Positions 45,388-59,293 of a DNA stretch of 64,000 bases are shown here, in pieces. The position numbers and the translations under genes are program-made. The DNA comes from Chrysomallon squamiferum. Taxonomy: Eukaryota; Animalia; Mollusca. Within the stretch, counting starts at the first letter, position 1. Each line of letters begins with the position of its first letter. The DNA lies in the NCBI GenBank assembly GCA_012295275.1, contig CM022676.1:15438001-15502000 (forward strand). Reading direction: 5' to 3'. The notes beneath the pieces are model-generated. The model saw only the letters and a program-made list of their open reading frames with translations, had not been told where the DNA came from and made no database searches.

Positions 45388-45973
45388 ATCTTTGGTCTGC
45401 TAGGAGGCTGGTAGAGAACGAAACTACTAGAAGCAAGAGGCTCTTTTATTTGAGGAAATATGTTTGGAAAGCCCTTCTTCGCACTTTAAAATTCATAAAG
45501 AAAACATGGAGTGGAAGGAGCATGACAATACAGTACTCTAAATAAGGTGATACACGTCTGCTTCTTTCAAGGTCAAGGTGAACCGGTTTTTTAAGTTTAG
45601 AGTGTTTATATTTCAACTTTTCGTTGCGGTTTAAAAAGTGATATTAACACACACAAATATTCAAATACACGAAGAAACAGGCATAGAGACATGCACATAA
45701 ATTTGGATTTTGTCTTAATATTTTTGTTTTGTTTTTCGTTTTATTTTATATTTTAAAGGTGGTTACTCTGCAGCTTCAAGTGACTACAGTAAACTAAAAG
45801 TGGAGGGTAGCAGGCCAATCAGCGGTAAGAACGGACTCCTAGGATACACGGGGAAAATTGGTGACTGGAAAATTACGGTCCGGAACAAGAGCTCATGGCA
45901 AAATCCGAAGCCAACCCTGTCATTTACGTCAAAGGACGGTAGAACAGTGATAAAAATCAGATACAAAAATTAA
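45388..45973 (+). pseudogene. Spliced small gene or null allele: pro-region ending RSKR plus a ~105-aa cationic domain resembling bacterial polymorphic-toxin C-terminal domains; one in-frame TAA
   Basis: Exon 45388-45546 (acceptor ctttcag, donor G|gtgata, phase 1-1) and exon 45759-45973 (acceptor ttttaaag, stop TAA, AATAAA at 46017) join as ...TIQYSK*G|GYSAASSDYSKLK...VRNKSS...PTLSF...IKIRYKN. First exon not identified. Confidence 0.65.
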
Positions 45974-46179
45974 CAAGTATTTCTCTATTCTTGCTTTTAT
46001 TAAAGAAAAATTCTGGAATAAAACAAATACATTATGTTTGAAAAATTCCTCTGATTTTACATTATAGTTATTCTTAAACTCATAACTGACAGGAATTTTA
46101 ACATTAAAATAGATGGTGGAATGAATTGCTTCAATATAGAGACCAAGACTAAGTATGTAGTCCGCATCGTCTTAAGGTA

Positions 46180-46623
46180 TAGGCACACTGGGCGTTACCT
46201 ATGGGGACCTCTGGTCAAGTAACACGTGCAGTCAGTGTATGCGAGTATGTACGGGTCCCAGTGCTTTGCTTCATCCGGAGCCGATGACGCTGATAAGATG
46301 ATCAACGAAAATATCTAGCGACACTGAGACACGTAAAGATGAATTGTGTCTGTTCGCAGCAACATGTCTAATAGACTGAAAAATGTTCTTCTTTTCCATA
46401 CATGTTTTGTAAAAACACTGCAAGTTCTGAACATTAAGTTTACGCAGATTTACCCGTGTTACTCACTATCAAGCGCTCGATTTCAATCTACCGTAAGGGA
46501 GGTAATCCATAATAACTATTGAATGCGGAAGTTATGCCTTAAGTGGTCATTTGATCGCTCTGCTTGTCACGTTGCCTTTAAATCGATCTAATACTTATGA
46601 TTTCAGAAACGAAATTGCTGACT
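46180..46623 (+). promoter_or_regulatory. Probable promoter / non-coding first exon of the convertase gene
   Basis: Locally CpG-richer segment ending in a consensus donor AAA|gtaagt at 46624; acceptor upstream of the ATG at 48883. Confidence 0.35.
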
Positions 46624-48920
46624 TTGTCAGCCACATCTTCAAAGTAAGTGAATGCAATTTTCTTTTTACATATGGTTATTCTTCTGTCTGTCGTGTATAC
46701 ATTTTTTGCTAATAACAGGTAACTTGTCGCGATCCTCGCCTGAACTTACTAATTAATATGAATCTTAATAGTAAGTTCTTAACTATCTGTTAAACTAAGT
46801 AAGCCAAGAACATAAACATGAAAGCAGCGAAGCACCTTCGGCCACATTTAACAGTTATTCACATTATAACTTTTCGTGTAACCGTTTAAAATTAATTAGC
46901 GAATATTTAATTTTTAAATTTCTATTTTTTTATATATGCATGTATGAAATTACAGTGTGTGTGGGTTTTTTTTGTTTTTGTTTTGTTTGGTTGTTTTTTT
47001 TTGTTTGTTTTTATTTAAAATTAAACAATTATAAATATTTTATATTTGATTTCTAAAATTATTCATGCATCAGTGTTTACTTGTAAACTGGAAATTAACT
47101 TAGTTTGTTACATCTATCTACTTATCTGTGTTTTCACATGCATACATGCATATAAAGGATACCAGTAATACATTTCTTTATAAAAAAATAAAAAACACCT
47201 AAATAAGCTGTAGACTGTGTCAGTACTTATTTATAGTAATATCAATAATTATAGTCTTCTTTAATTTCACTGTTGAATTATCCATCTGGCTATATATATG
47301 TGTGTAATATATATATATATATATATATATATATGACTGTAAATATATATGCATATACATATCTACCGGTCTACATGTATATGTACACTATAGATTATCT
47401 GTGTGTTTGTATCTGTGAGTCTATATATAGCTCTATGAGTAATTTATATACATCACAGTGTCCATACCTGTTAAGGAGCTTAAAAAATAAACTGACATCA
47501 ATCTCTATGAAACAATAATTGCATCTATCCACTAGAGAAATAAACACAACACATGTTAATGTATACATTATACCCTATCAGCATAAGAACAGACAATGGC
47601 TTACCATACTCTTACATAAAGAAAATGTCATTTGCAAACACTGCTTTCCTGCCTGACTATCAAATCTGTCTTTTTTCTGCTAACTATGAAATACCAGTCC
47701 TATTGAAGCAAATCCATCGAGTTGAAAAATTAGTTGTAAAAGTAAAATGTGGTGTGACAGAAAACTAATTAATAAAATCAATTGTTAACATAATCAACAT
47801 CATACATTAGTTAAAAAATCAACATCATACATTATGAGTTACAAACATCCTATAATTCTTTTCATTTTATTTACATATATGTATTTGTGTATGTGTTTGT
47901 ATATAGTTGTACATATTTATGAATTTAGTTAATAAACTGAATAAAGTTTTAGTAACCTGTATATTGCTGCGGTTGTATTAATTTACAATACAATGACAAA
48001 ATACTTAATCTATGTAAAGTAGATGATACCAGGCTTTGATGAAAACATGTAATTTACATATCAATTAAATAACAACTCAGTGGGCTGTCTTTGCAAAGGA
48101 AACAAGTCTGAAAACAAGAAAACTCTGAATAAATGCGGGTTATATTTGATAATTTATATGTAACAACCTGACCTCAGATCATGTTCCTTCAAAGTTGTCA
48201 CTATTTGATTTTTACCTGTCAGCTGTAATTTATTATATTCTTTTTTGGATAACAAAATCACTACATGAATTAATAATAGGAAGATGGTAAAACAGTAGAT
48301 GGATCTCACATTCTGTTTGCTGTGAGTTCAAATCTCCAGAACTAACTAGTTTATAATAAAATTTGAAAACTAAATTATGAAACTGCAATTTTATATTTTA
48401 GAAACAATCTTTATTTTTCTGTTTAATTTTTTTGTGTGATTGTTTTAGTTCATGCAGTCAAAGGTTCTAATGTTTTTGGTTGTCCAGATCATCTGATGTG
48501 TGTATGCATAGTAAATGAAAAGAAATATTTAAAACAAGGAAAAACAGAAAAATAAATATTTTTGTAATAATTATTTTAGTAGCAATATAGGGTTGTGCTG
48601 TATTTAAGAAATAGCATTTACAGTGTACAGGTTTCAAAACTTTGATATATCAGGACAGTTTATTTACTAGTTTGAGATATCAATATGTCTCCCTCTGTGA
48701 CTACCTATTTATTTATTGATCAGTTTATCGATCTGTCTCTACATCTACATATCTGTTTCTGCAGATAATGACAAGAATTTACTACTGAGTGTGTGGGTAA
48801 ATGTAGGTGCAGATAGAATATTAAACATGTAAACACATGTTGTTTGTTTTTAAATAAACATTTTTTAACATTTTTGTCCACAGATTCTTCACTTCTACAG
48901 ATGAACTCATTCAGTGAAGT

Positions 48921-50269
48921 ATGCAACTGCAGACATGTCAGTCTTGTTATCATGGCAACAGGGTTTTCTGCCTCGTTTTCATTTTTGTCTTTCTCACTGT
49001 TGTGATATGCAGCCAGTCACTGACGTTGAGTGGAGAGAAGAAAATTGATCATTTTGACCACAGTGGAAACCACGAAGACACACTGTGCTGGACGGTGAAA
49101 ATCCACAACAGAGTTCAACATTCCATACCACTTCAAGGGAGACAACTTGTCCTTTCTGCAGCAGACATCAGGCTTGTCTCTGTGGGACAGATATCAAATT
49201 TCCTAAACCATTTCACTTTCTGTTTCTGGCCAGACACTTTAGAACTGAGTGACACAAGTAAACAGAACTATGAAGATTTACACAAAGTGCATCAGTTTCT
49301 CTTGAAGAAAAAGCGTCACAGATTCAACACTGTGAGGAAAACAGTAGAGAGTTGGTTGCAGGGAGACAACTCTGTTGAGTGGTTTAGTCCCAACGTAGTG
49401 AGAGTCAGACAGAAAAGATCTCTTCATTTTGAAGATCCGTTCTTCACACGACAGTGGCACTTGGTAAGTAAACAATTTGCATAATGTATCTCCAGTTGTA
49501 GTGAAAGTAGAACTTAGCTCCATTGTGTAGCCTCCACTCAAACAGTGACACAGCATCAGATATGTCTGTTTATGTGGACTCACTAACCAGTTTCTTCTTA
49601 ATACACTTTGATTAACATTTTAGTGTTACATACTTTCATGAATATGAAATAGCAGACTGTAACAATGAGAGATAATTTATTGTGTTAATTTAAATTAGAT
49701 GTGTTTTATCTAAAATTACTAAAATAATTTTTATTTTGTTTTATTTTATTAATATATGTATTTATTTGTTTATTTATTATGTTTATTATATTTATTTATT
49801 TATTTGTTTATTTTTTATTTTATTTTATTTATTATATTTATTTATTCATGTATTTATTTATTTATTTATTAAACAGAGGAACAACTTGTTGTCTGGAATG
49901 GATATCAATGTCACTGGAGTCTGGGAACGAAACATAACAGGAATTGGTGTCACTGTTGCTGTTGTTGACGATGGTAAATACATATTTGATATAACTAAAT
50001 ACAGTTCTTATAGTTAATAATAGTAAATACTTTTGTTTTAGTTGATAAATAAATATTGCTGCTGATTTCTAAAGTTAACAGATTTCAAAACTCAAATTTA
50101 GTTATCTGTATTTTGGTTTCAGTTAGATTTGTTCAAGTTCTTTGAGTACAAGTTTGAAATTCTGTATACATAAAACAGTATTGAAATGTTCTTTCTCACT
50201 CTCTGTTCTGTTTATATATCTGTAATCTCTCTATTTTTTTTTTCTGTCTGTGTAACCTATGTCATTCTG

Positions 50270-50343
<74 letters not shown>

Positions 50344-51643
50344 CTGAAAGGGCAATACAATCTCGTCTAATAAAAGAAAGAAATCTCATTTCAAATGTTG
50401 GATATGAAAGTGAAAAAAGGAAGTTGATAATAAAAAAACAAACTTGACAAATTCTATTCTATAAAATGAAATGGGGAAAAAAAATTCTTGTATGTGTAGT
50501 TATTGTTATTTTTGACTGCTCTCTATACTATTTATGGAATTTTTCATTTTACTGATATTTTTATTTCCAGGCTTGGAGTGGACAAACCCTGACATTCATG
50601 ACAACTACAACTACCACGGCAGCTGGGATCTCAATGATGATGATTCTGACCCTATGCCTAGTGACCACAAAGGTGAGTATCAGTTAATTTATTTTTATTA
50701 ACTTTGTGTGTACCTTGAGTTAAACCATTTGGTTTGGGTAGCACTTGTACTTGTTTCATCATCATCACTATTGTCATCATCATCTCATTATCATAAACAA
50801 CATTACATTATTCATATTTTGTTTTGATATTTTCATGAAAAATAGCCATAAACATTAAGATTATTTTACCATGATGGAGTCCTTATTTCTGCTTTTATCA
50901 GTTCTTTTCTGGGGCAGTAAAACATCTTAGAAAATAATAAAATATTACCCTAAATTTAAATCTAAAGTCTGTTACTGAATATAGAGATTATGGTTTTGAA
51001 TAAAAGTAAAAGCTTGAACACTAAAATTAAAACTATTCTGATTATTTTGTTGCAGCCACAAACCATCATGGTACACGATGTGGTGGTGAGATTGCTGCTG
51101 TTGCTAACAATGTTTGTGGTGTTGGTGTCGCTTACAAGGCAGGAATTTCAGGTAAGAATTAAATATTTAAATTAATGAAATGTAATAATTTAAATATGGC
51201 CATGACAGTATGAAATTCAGTGAAAAATAAATAACTTAGTTGAATAATTAAATAAATAAATTAAAAAAAAAAAATGAAAGAACAAATAAAAGAAAATATA
51301 AAGATAAATATAGTTTGTTTAAAACAAATTACTTGTGTTTTATTCTGAGCAGGTTTGAGAGTTCTCGATGGACCAATGACAGACAGTCTGGAGGCTTCAG
51401 CTTTTACAAAAAAACTCCAAATTAATGACATTTACAGCTGCAGGTGATTTTCATAAACATTTATTAAATTAATAAAACATGTATTTGCCTTATTTTTTTA
51501 TCATGCTTGTATTTTGTTTCTTTTTGCTGATTTCATATTATTTTCAAAACAGTCTGTTCTGTCAATGAATTAGTTATTTTGGTAGAGTAATGAATTCTCA
51601 AGCTGGTGATTTAGCTTCATATCTTGTTAGTGGACACAAAATA

Positions 51644-51691
<48 letters not shown>

Positions 51692-54600
51692 ATTTATTAT
51701 TATTATTACTACTATTATTATTATTATTATTGATGTGATCATTGTTATTTTACAGCTGGGGACCTGGAGATGATGGTAAAACAGTTGATGGACCTCACAT
51801 CCTGGCTGCTGTGAGTTCAAATCTTCACAACTGACTGGTTTATAACTTAATGAAATAATTATCTTTTACTAAGTATCAATCACATTTCAGTATAACAGTA
51901 AGTTACTAAGTAATAAAATATTGATGTAACTATGTCATTATTATTATTATTATTATTATTATCATCATCATCATCAGCATCATTATTATTATTATATTTG
52001 TATTTGCAGAAAGCTCTGAAATATGGTGTAGACTTTGGCAGAAAAGGATATGGAAGTATTTATGTTGTTGCTAGTGGTAATGGTGGAAGTCACCAAGACA
52101 ACTGTAACTATGATGGTTATGCTAATTCTATATACACCGTAACTATAGGTAACAGAACATTTTTTTTCATTTACTTTAACTCTTTATATAGAATTTAGTT
52201 TTCTTTCCTACAATATTTTTTCTTCTCAATTAATCTGTGAAAACAATTTTCAATATAATTATTATTATAATCATCATTACTGTTGTTGTTATTTTTGTTA
52301 ATATTTTATTTTTATTATTGTTATTATTAATGTTAATATTTTGTTTTTATTGTTAGTTACTATTGTGCTTTTTTGTTATTTTTTTTCTTCTTCCTATTGC
52401 TGTTTTTACTGTTACTGTTACTGTAGGTGCTGTAGATGAAAGTGGTCAGATGCCATTTTATGCAGAGGAATGTGCCTCCATGTTGGGTGTCACTTTTAGC
52501 AGTGGTCGAGCTAAAGATCGAGATATTGTAAGCTCTAATAGTTTCAGTTGTAGCAGTAATTAGTAACATGCAGGCAGTGGTAGTAGTAGTAGCAACAACA
52601 ACAGTACCTGTAATAGTAGTAGTAGTAGTAGCAGCAGCGGTAATTATAGTAACTAGTAGTTGTAGTCATAAAAGTTGTTATAATTTTAATGGTGGTAATA
52701 GTAACAGTAATGTTAGTAATAGTAGTAGTAGTAGAAGTGTAATAATACTAGTAGTTGTTGTCACTGATTATAACTGTTATTTCTTTAGTATTACTTTTAG
52801 TATTGTTATGTATTCTGTTATCATTGTCGTCTTCATCATCATCATCCTTATTATTATGATTATTATTATAGTTGTCAATATCATCATTAGTGCTGTTGTT
52901 ATCATCATTGTTAATATTATTAATATTTTAATTATCATTATCATTATTACTATGATTATTTTTAATACTACCATTGTTGTTATTATTATTATTGTTGTTG
53001 TTGTTGTTGTTGTAAACAGGTGACAACAGACTGGAGGAAGGGTGGTGGTACAGGGTGTACTGACAGACACACAGGTACTAGTGCTGCTGCCCCCATAGCT
53101 GCTGGAATGATAGCGCTGATGTTGCAGGCGAGGTCGTGTCTCACTTGGAGAGATGTTCAATACTTGATAATTCTCACAGCTGTCAAGGTAACTTTATTAC
53201 AGTGTATCCGTAACACGTTACAATACAAGTAACAGATTAACTAACTTATTACAATATAAGTAACAGAGTAACTGTAACCATGTTACAAGAAATATAATGA
53301 ATGTAACATATTACAATATAACTGTAAGAATAAATGTTACATAAGTAACATACCAATTGTAACATGTTACAATATAACTAGCAGAATAAATGTTAGAATG
53401 TTAATGTATTAACATTGTTAACATACATGGAACACAATTAAACTAACAGTTATCACAGAGATATGGTTTCTTTGCAATAATGGGGAAAACGATAGAGATC
53501 AGGCAATTTCCTACTTATAATAAAAGTTAGTTATAATAAAGGGAATATACAGTTGAGCAGTCAGTTTATTGAGATGTCAAGAAACAGACTCAAGGAAAAA
53601 AATGGTACTGACATAAATTTGAAATTTACTTAGAATTACTTACTTGTCTAAGTCAGCACTGTGTACTAGAAATAACACTTCTGCTCTGAATGTCAGCTGT
53701 AAAACCTGATCAGATGGAAACAGGAAAAACTGGTTGAGAAAAGACCCTCGTTTCTATTTAGTACACATTTATTTCTCTCACAAACTCCTCAAGTTGTCAT
53801 CTTGAAAATGGAGTGAAACAAGGCTGTACACAAGCTTATTTGTGTCATATGAAGAAAAGTGGAGTTAATGATAGATGTGTATCATTGTTAAAGTACACGT
53901 GATGGAGTTAATGGTAGATGTGTATCATTGTTGAAGTACACATGATGGAGTTAATGGTAGATGTGTATCATTGTTGAAGTACACGTGATGGAGTGAATGA
54001 TAGATGTGTATCATTGTTAAAGTACACGTGATGAAGTGAATGATAGATGTGTATCATTGTTGAAGTACACATGATGGAGTTAATGGTAGATGTGTATCAT
54101 TGTTAAAGTACACATGATGGAGTTAATGGTAGATGTGTATCATTGTTGAAGTAAACATGATGGAGTGAATGATAGATGTGTATCATTGTTAAACTACACA
54201 TGATGGAGTGAATGATAGATGTGTATCATTGTTAAAGTACACGTGATGACTTTGTCACCTCCAGACTGTGAACCACTACAGCAAATGTTTGATCTGGTTT
54301 ATAACTGTGTAACTGATTGAAACTTTCTAAAGTCTTACAAAGCTATAGTGTTACATTTTAGAAAAGAAGTGGTTTAAATCTCAGATGTGCTTATGTTTTG
54401 GAATACACAGACAGTTATAAATATCTTGGTTTGTGGATTTCCTGTGATATCATCCAGATGTCTGTCTAAGCTGTTCTCTGCCAGAGAATACTCTGTAACA
54501 TTCAAGAAAGGAGTGGCAATGTTAGCAAATCTATAAATTCCTTTTTTGTTGTTGTTTTTTTGCCTAATTTCTTGTGCAGGAAGAAATTACTCACATTGTG

Positions 54601-56695
54601 TTTAAACTACAAAAAAATCATGTTGAACAAGTCCTGCTGTGTGGTGTTACTACATGGGGTTTGAAAGGTGATGCTGTAGTGAATACAGTTCTGTCCATTC
54701 TTCCAGGTGAACAAGTTGAAATGCAGTGACTCGAAGTGTTTAGACAGGTGTTTAAAGTGTAACAAACTGACAATGATAGTCTCTTGTCAAATACATGGGC
54801 TAAAAGTATTGCAGAATTAGCTAAGAAAATTAATATTAATTCAGAACTGAAGAGAAATCTGTCATCTTCAATCTGTTAGAAATTGTACCTATGAAATGAG
54901 TCAAAACCATTTTAAATAGAAACACAGAACCAAATTGATGTAATGTTTTGTGGAATGATAGATATCAGTTAAATGGAAATAAATCAAGATTTTATGGACA
55001 GATTAAAGAAGATATGTGTTCTGAATTATATAGTCAAATAATTATTCCAAGATCAGATAAGAATGCTTTATACAGTCAATGATTTAAACAAGTGTAATTA
55101 TTTTTAAAATTTAAGTATATGTACTAGATACATAAAGATATCATTTTATGTAAATAATGTCATATTTTTATTTTCATTTGACTCTTAAATAAACATATAA
55201 TAATAATAATAATCATCATCATAACAATAAATAAATAAATAAAAGTTTTATAATAATTAAAGAATGAATACTTATAGGAGTTCAGTAAGAGTTTTTGAAG
55301 AGAAAATCAAATTTGGCTATGACACTAATTAGAGTTTTGTTACACAGATGTTCAAACAATTATAACAAAGTTTAAATAAAATATATAATAATAAAGATAA
55401 CATTATTTCAGTAAAAAGTAAATACCTGAGCGAGAAAAAAGTAAAACAATTGTTATGTTAAAACAATAATTGTTACAATGTTTTAATGTGTAAATTAAAA
55501 ATGACATTGCAAATAAAATGCCATAAAAGTAGAGCTTAGTGTGAAATAAAAGTTGTGTTAAAAGTAAAATGATTAAAAAAAATGTTTGTTGTTGGTTTTC
55601 TCTTGTTTTAAATAATAATTCAAGACATTTGTATATATCTGTCAGCCTGTCTATCTACCTATCTGTCTGTCTATCTATTGATATATATATATATCTATAT
55701 CTATCTATCACCCTGTCTGCCTACATATCTACCTATATTTCTACCTATCAGTCTATAAGTGTTTTGTATTTGTTCTGATCTACAGGTGGATTTAAAAATT
55801 TCTTTTCATCATCTTATTATTATTATATTGTTGTTTTTTTTCAACAATAATTGAAGGATTCATTATATCTATCTCTTTTTCTTTTCTGTTTTGAAGGTGG
55901 ATGTGGATGTAGCTCATTGGCAGAAGAATGGAGCTGGATTGTATCACAGTCACAAGCATGGATTTGGATTACTGAAAGCATGGAGACTGGTTAATGCTGC
56001 TAAGGTTGGAGTAGTTGTGTGTTAGAGTTGTATTAGTATGTATGCATCTGTAATTACACAAATGTATGTAGTACATTTGTCTGTCTGTAGTTGTGTGTTA
56101 GAGTTGTATTAGTATGTATGCATCTGTATTTACACAAATGTATGTAGTACATTTGTCTGTCTGTAGTTGTGTGTTAGAGTTGTATTAGTATGTATGCATC
56201 TGTATTTACACAAATGTATATAGTACATTTGTCTGTCTGTAGTTGTGTGTTAGAGTTGTATTAGTATGTATGCATCTGTATTTACACAAATGTATGTAGT
56301 ACATTTGTCTGTCTGCTATGTGATCTCATATCACAAGAATGTCAACTGTGTTTTTAAATGTAAATTTCTTCTTGTTTTCTCTGTCAACTTCAGTACAGTT
56401 GATATTTTATAATATATTCTCTGTGTATCTGTGAATTTCACTGTGACTGCAAATGTAATGTATCTGTATGTCTGTCTGTTTCTTTATTTTTGGATCTATA
56501 TCTCTCTAGCTATCTATCTGTTTGTACATACATGCACAGAAATAACATTTATATTGTTAATACAAATTTTTATCATTATTATTATTATAATCATCTTCAT
56601 CATTATTGTTGTTGTTGTTCTTCTTCTTATTATTATTATTGTTCTTCTTCTTCTTCTTCTTCTTCTTCTTCTTCTTCTTCTTCTTCTTCTTTTTA

Positions 56696-56762
<67 letters not shown>

Positions 56763-59260
56763 AGGTATGGGATACAGTACCATGGATAACATCTTATTCA
56801 GTCCAGGAAACCAAACTCAACCTGAAAATCCCAAAAGGCAAAAACAAGTCACTGAGTGTACCTGTCACAGGTGAGATGTGATATATTTACAGGTGACTGA
56901 CACTTTCACTTGTAAAATATTTCACGTTTTTAATCGGTATTTGGGCATAATAATTATATTTTAAGTAATAGTCATAAAAATCACTTTTTAAGTTTGCTAA
57001 ATCACTACTTAAATAATAATCACTTCTAGCCACTATTTCATTTATTTGAAATCACTACTCAATCACAAAATAATCACATATCTTCACTAGTTCATGTGGT
57101 AGAAATACAGAGGTATTTATTGTCACTATTTCAGTTTATGACTATCACATAAAAGTATGTACTTACTTCTTCTCACTATTTCAGTTGATGACTATCACAT
57201 ACAAGGGTACAGTCTCTATGTACTTGAACATGTGCAGGTTACCGTGACACTAACTCACCCATGTCGAGGGACGTTGGGCGTGGAATTGGTTTGCCCCAGT
57301 GGCACCAGATCAACCATTGGTGCTCCACGCCCTAACGACAAGTAAGTTTATTTATCATAGAATATGAAATTAATGACAAGTAAGTTTATTTATCATAGAA
57401 CAAGAAATTAATTACAAGTAAGTTTATTTATCATAGAACAAGAAATTAGTGACAAGTAAGTTTATTTAACATACAACAAGAAATGACAAGTAAGCTTATT
57501 TATCATAGAATGTGAAATTAATACAAGTAAGTTTATTTATCATAGAACAAGAAATTAGTGACAAGTAAGTTTATTTAACATAGAATGTGAAATTAATGAC
57601 AAGTAAGTTTATTTATCATAGAATGTGAAATTAATGACAAGTAAGTTTATTTATCATAGAATGTGAAATTAATGACAAGTAAGTTTATTTAACATAGAAT
57701 GTGAAATTAATGACAAGTAAGTTTATTTATCATAGAACAAGAAATTAGTGACAAGTAAGTTTACTTAACATAGAATGTGAAATTAATGACAAGTAAGTTT
57801 ATTTATCATACAACAAGAAATGACAAGTAAGTTTATTTATCGTACAACAAGAAATTAATGACAAGTAAGTTTATTTAGCATACAACAAGAACTTAATGAC
57901 AAGTACATTTATTGATCCTAGAATGGGAAATTAATGGCAAGTAAATTTATTTATCATAGAATGGGAAATTAATGATAACTTATCATAGAACAAGAAATTA
58001 ATGACAAGTAAATTTATTTATCCTAGAATGGGAAATGAATGTCAAGTAAGTATATTTTGTGTTGTTATTACTGGGGTTGTTGCTGTTATAATACTATTAC
58101 AACTTATTTTTAAGTATTATTGTTGTTATTCTTGTAATTGTTATTCTTTTTATTCTTGTTCTTGTTCTTGTTCTTGTTCTTATTCTTATTATTATTTTAT
58201 TATAATTAATATTATTATTATTATTAGTGTTGTTGTTGTTATAAATGTTATTATTATTATTTTTACTGTTGTTATTGTTGTTATTGTTGTTATTTTAACA
58301 GTTGTTGTTATAATGGTATTGCTATTTCTAGTTCTACTGTTGGATTCTCAGACTGGACATTTAGCACTGTGAGGTGTTGGGGAGAAAAACCAACAGGAAA
58401 ATACCAAATAGTTTTCACAGACAGAGGTTTCTCTTTATTATTGTATTATCATCATTATTATTATCAGTAGTAGTAGTAATAGTAACAGTAGTAATAGTAG
58501 CATTAGTAGTAGCAATAGTGGTGTTAACGGTGGCAGTAGTGATAGTAGTAACCATGCTATTACTAATGATATTAGTATCAGTACAGTAGTAGTAGTAGTT
58601 TAGTTATTGTGGTGGTGGTGGTGGTAGTAGTAGTAATAAATAGTACTATTTTAGTTGCACTAGCACTAGTTGTAATAGCAGAAAAGTAAAATTAGTAGAA
58701 GCAGTGGTAATATTGATTGTGTTAGTTGTAGTAGTTGTAATAGTAGTGGTGGTGGCATATGTAGTAATAATAATAGCAATAGTTGCAGTTGTTCTAACAA
58801 ATAATAATAGCAAGCAGTAGCAGTAGTAGTGCTGAGTGTGATGGTTGTACTGATGTTGCTGCTGCAGTTGTTGTTGTTATTGTTTTATGGTTGTGTTATA
58901 AATGGTGGTAGCAGTTGTTTGAGATTTTTTGGTATCACTTACGTATTTCTTAAGTATTGTTATAACCAAACTACAAACTGTTTATACAGTTGCCTCTGGC
59001 AATCATACTGAAGTTGACTACAGAAGACAAGAAGAAATTTGTATTTAGAAAGATACTTGACACTCTTGTGATATAACATCACATAACAGAGAAACATATG
59101 TACATACATTTGTGTAAATAATACAGATGCATACAGTCTGATGTTTTATTGGTGGTAGTAGTAGTAGAAGTAGTAGTAGTGGTAGTAGTAGCATCAGAAA
59201 AACTGACAGGATAATACCAAATAGTTTATTGTTATTATTATTATTAATAGTAGTAGAATA

Positions 59261-59293
<33 letters not shown>

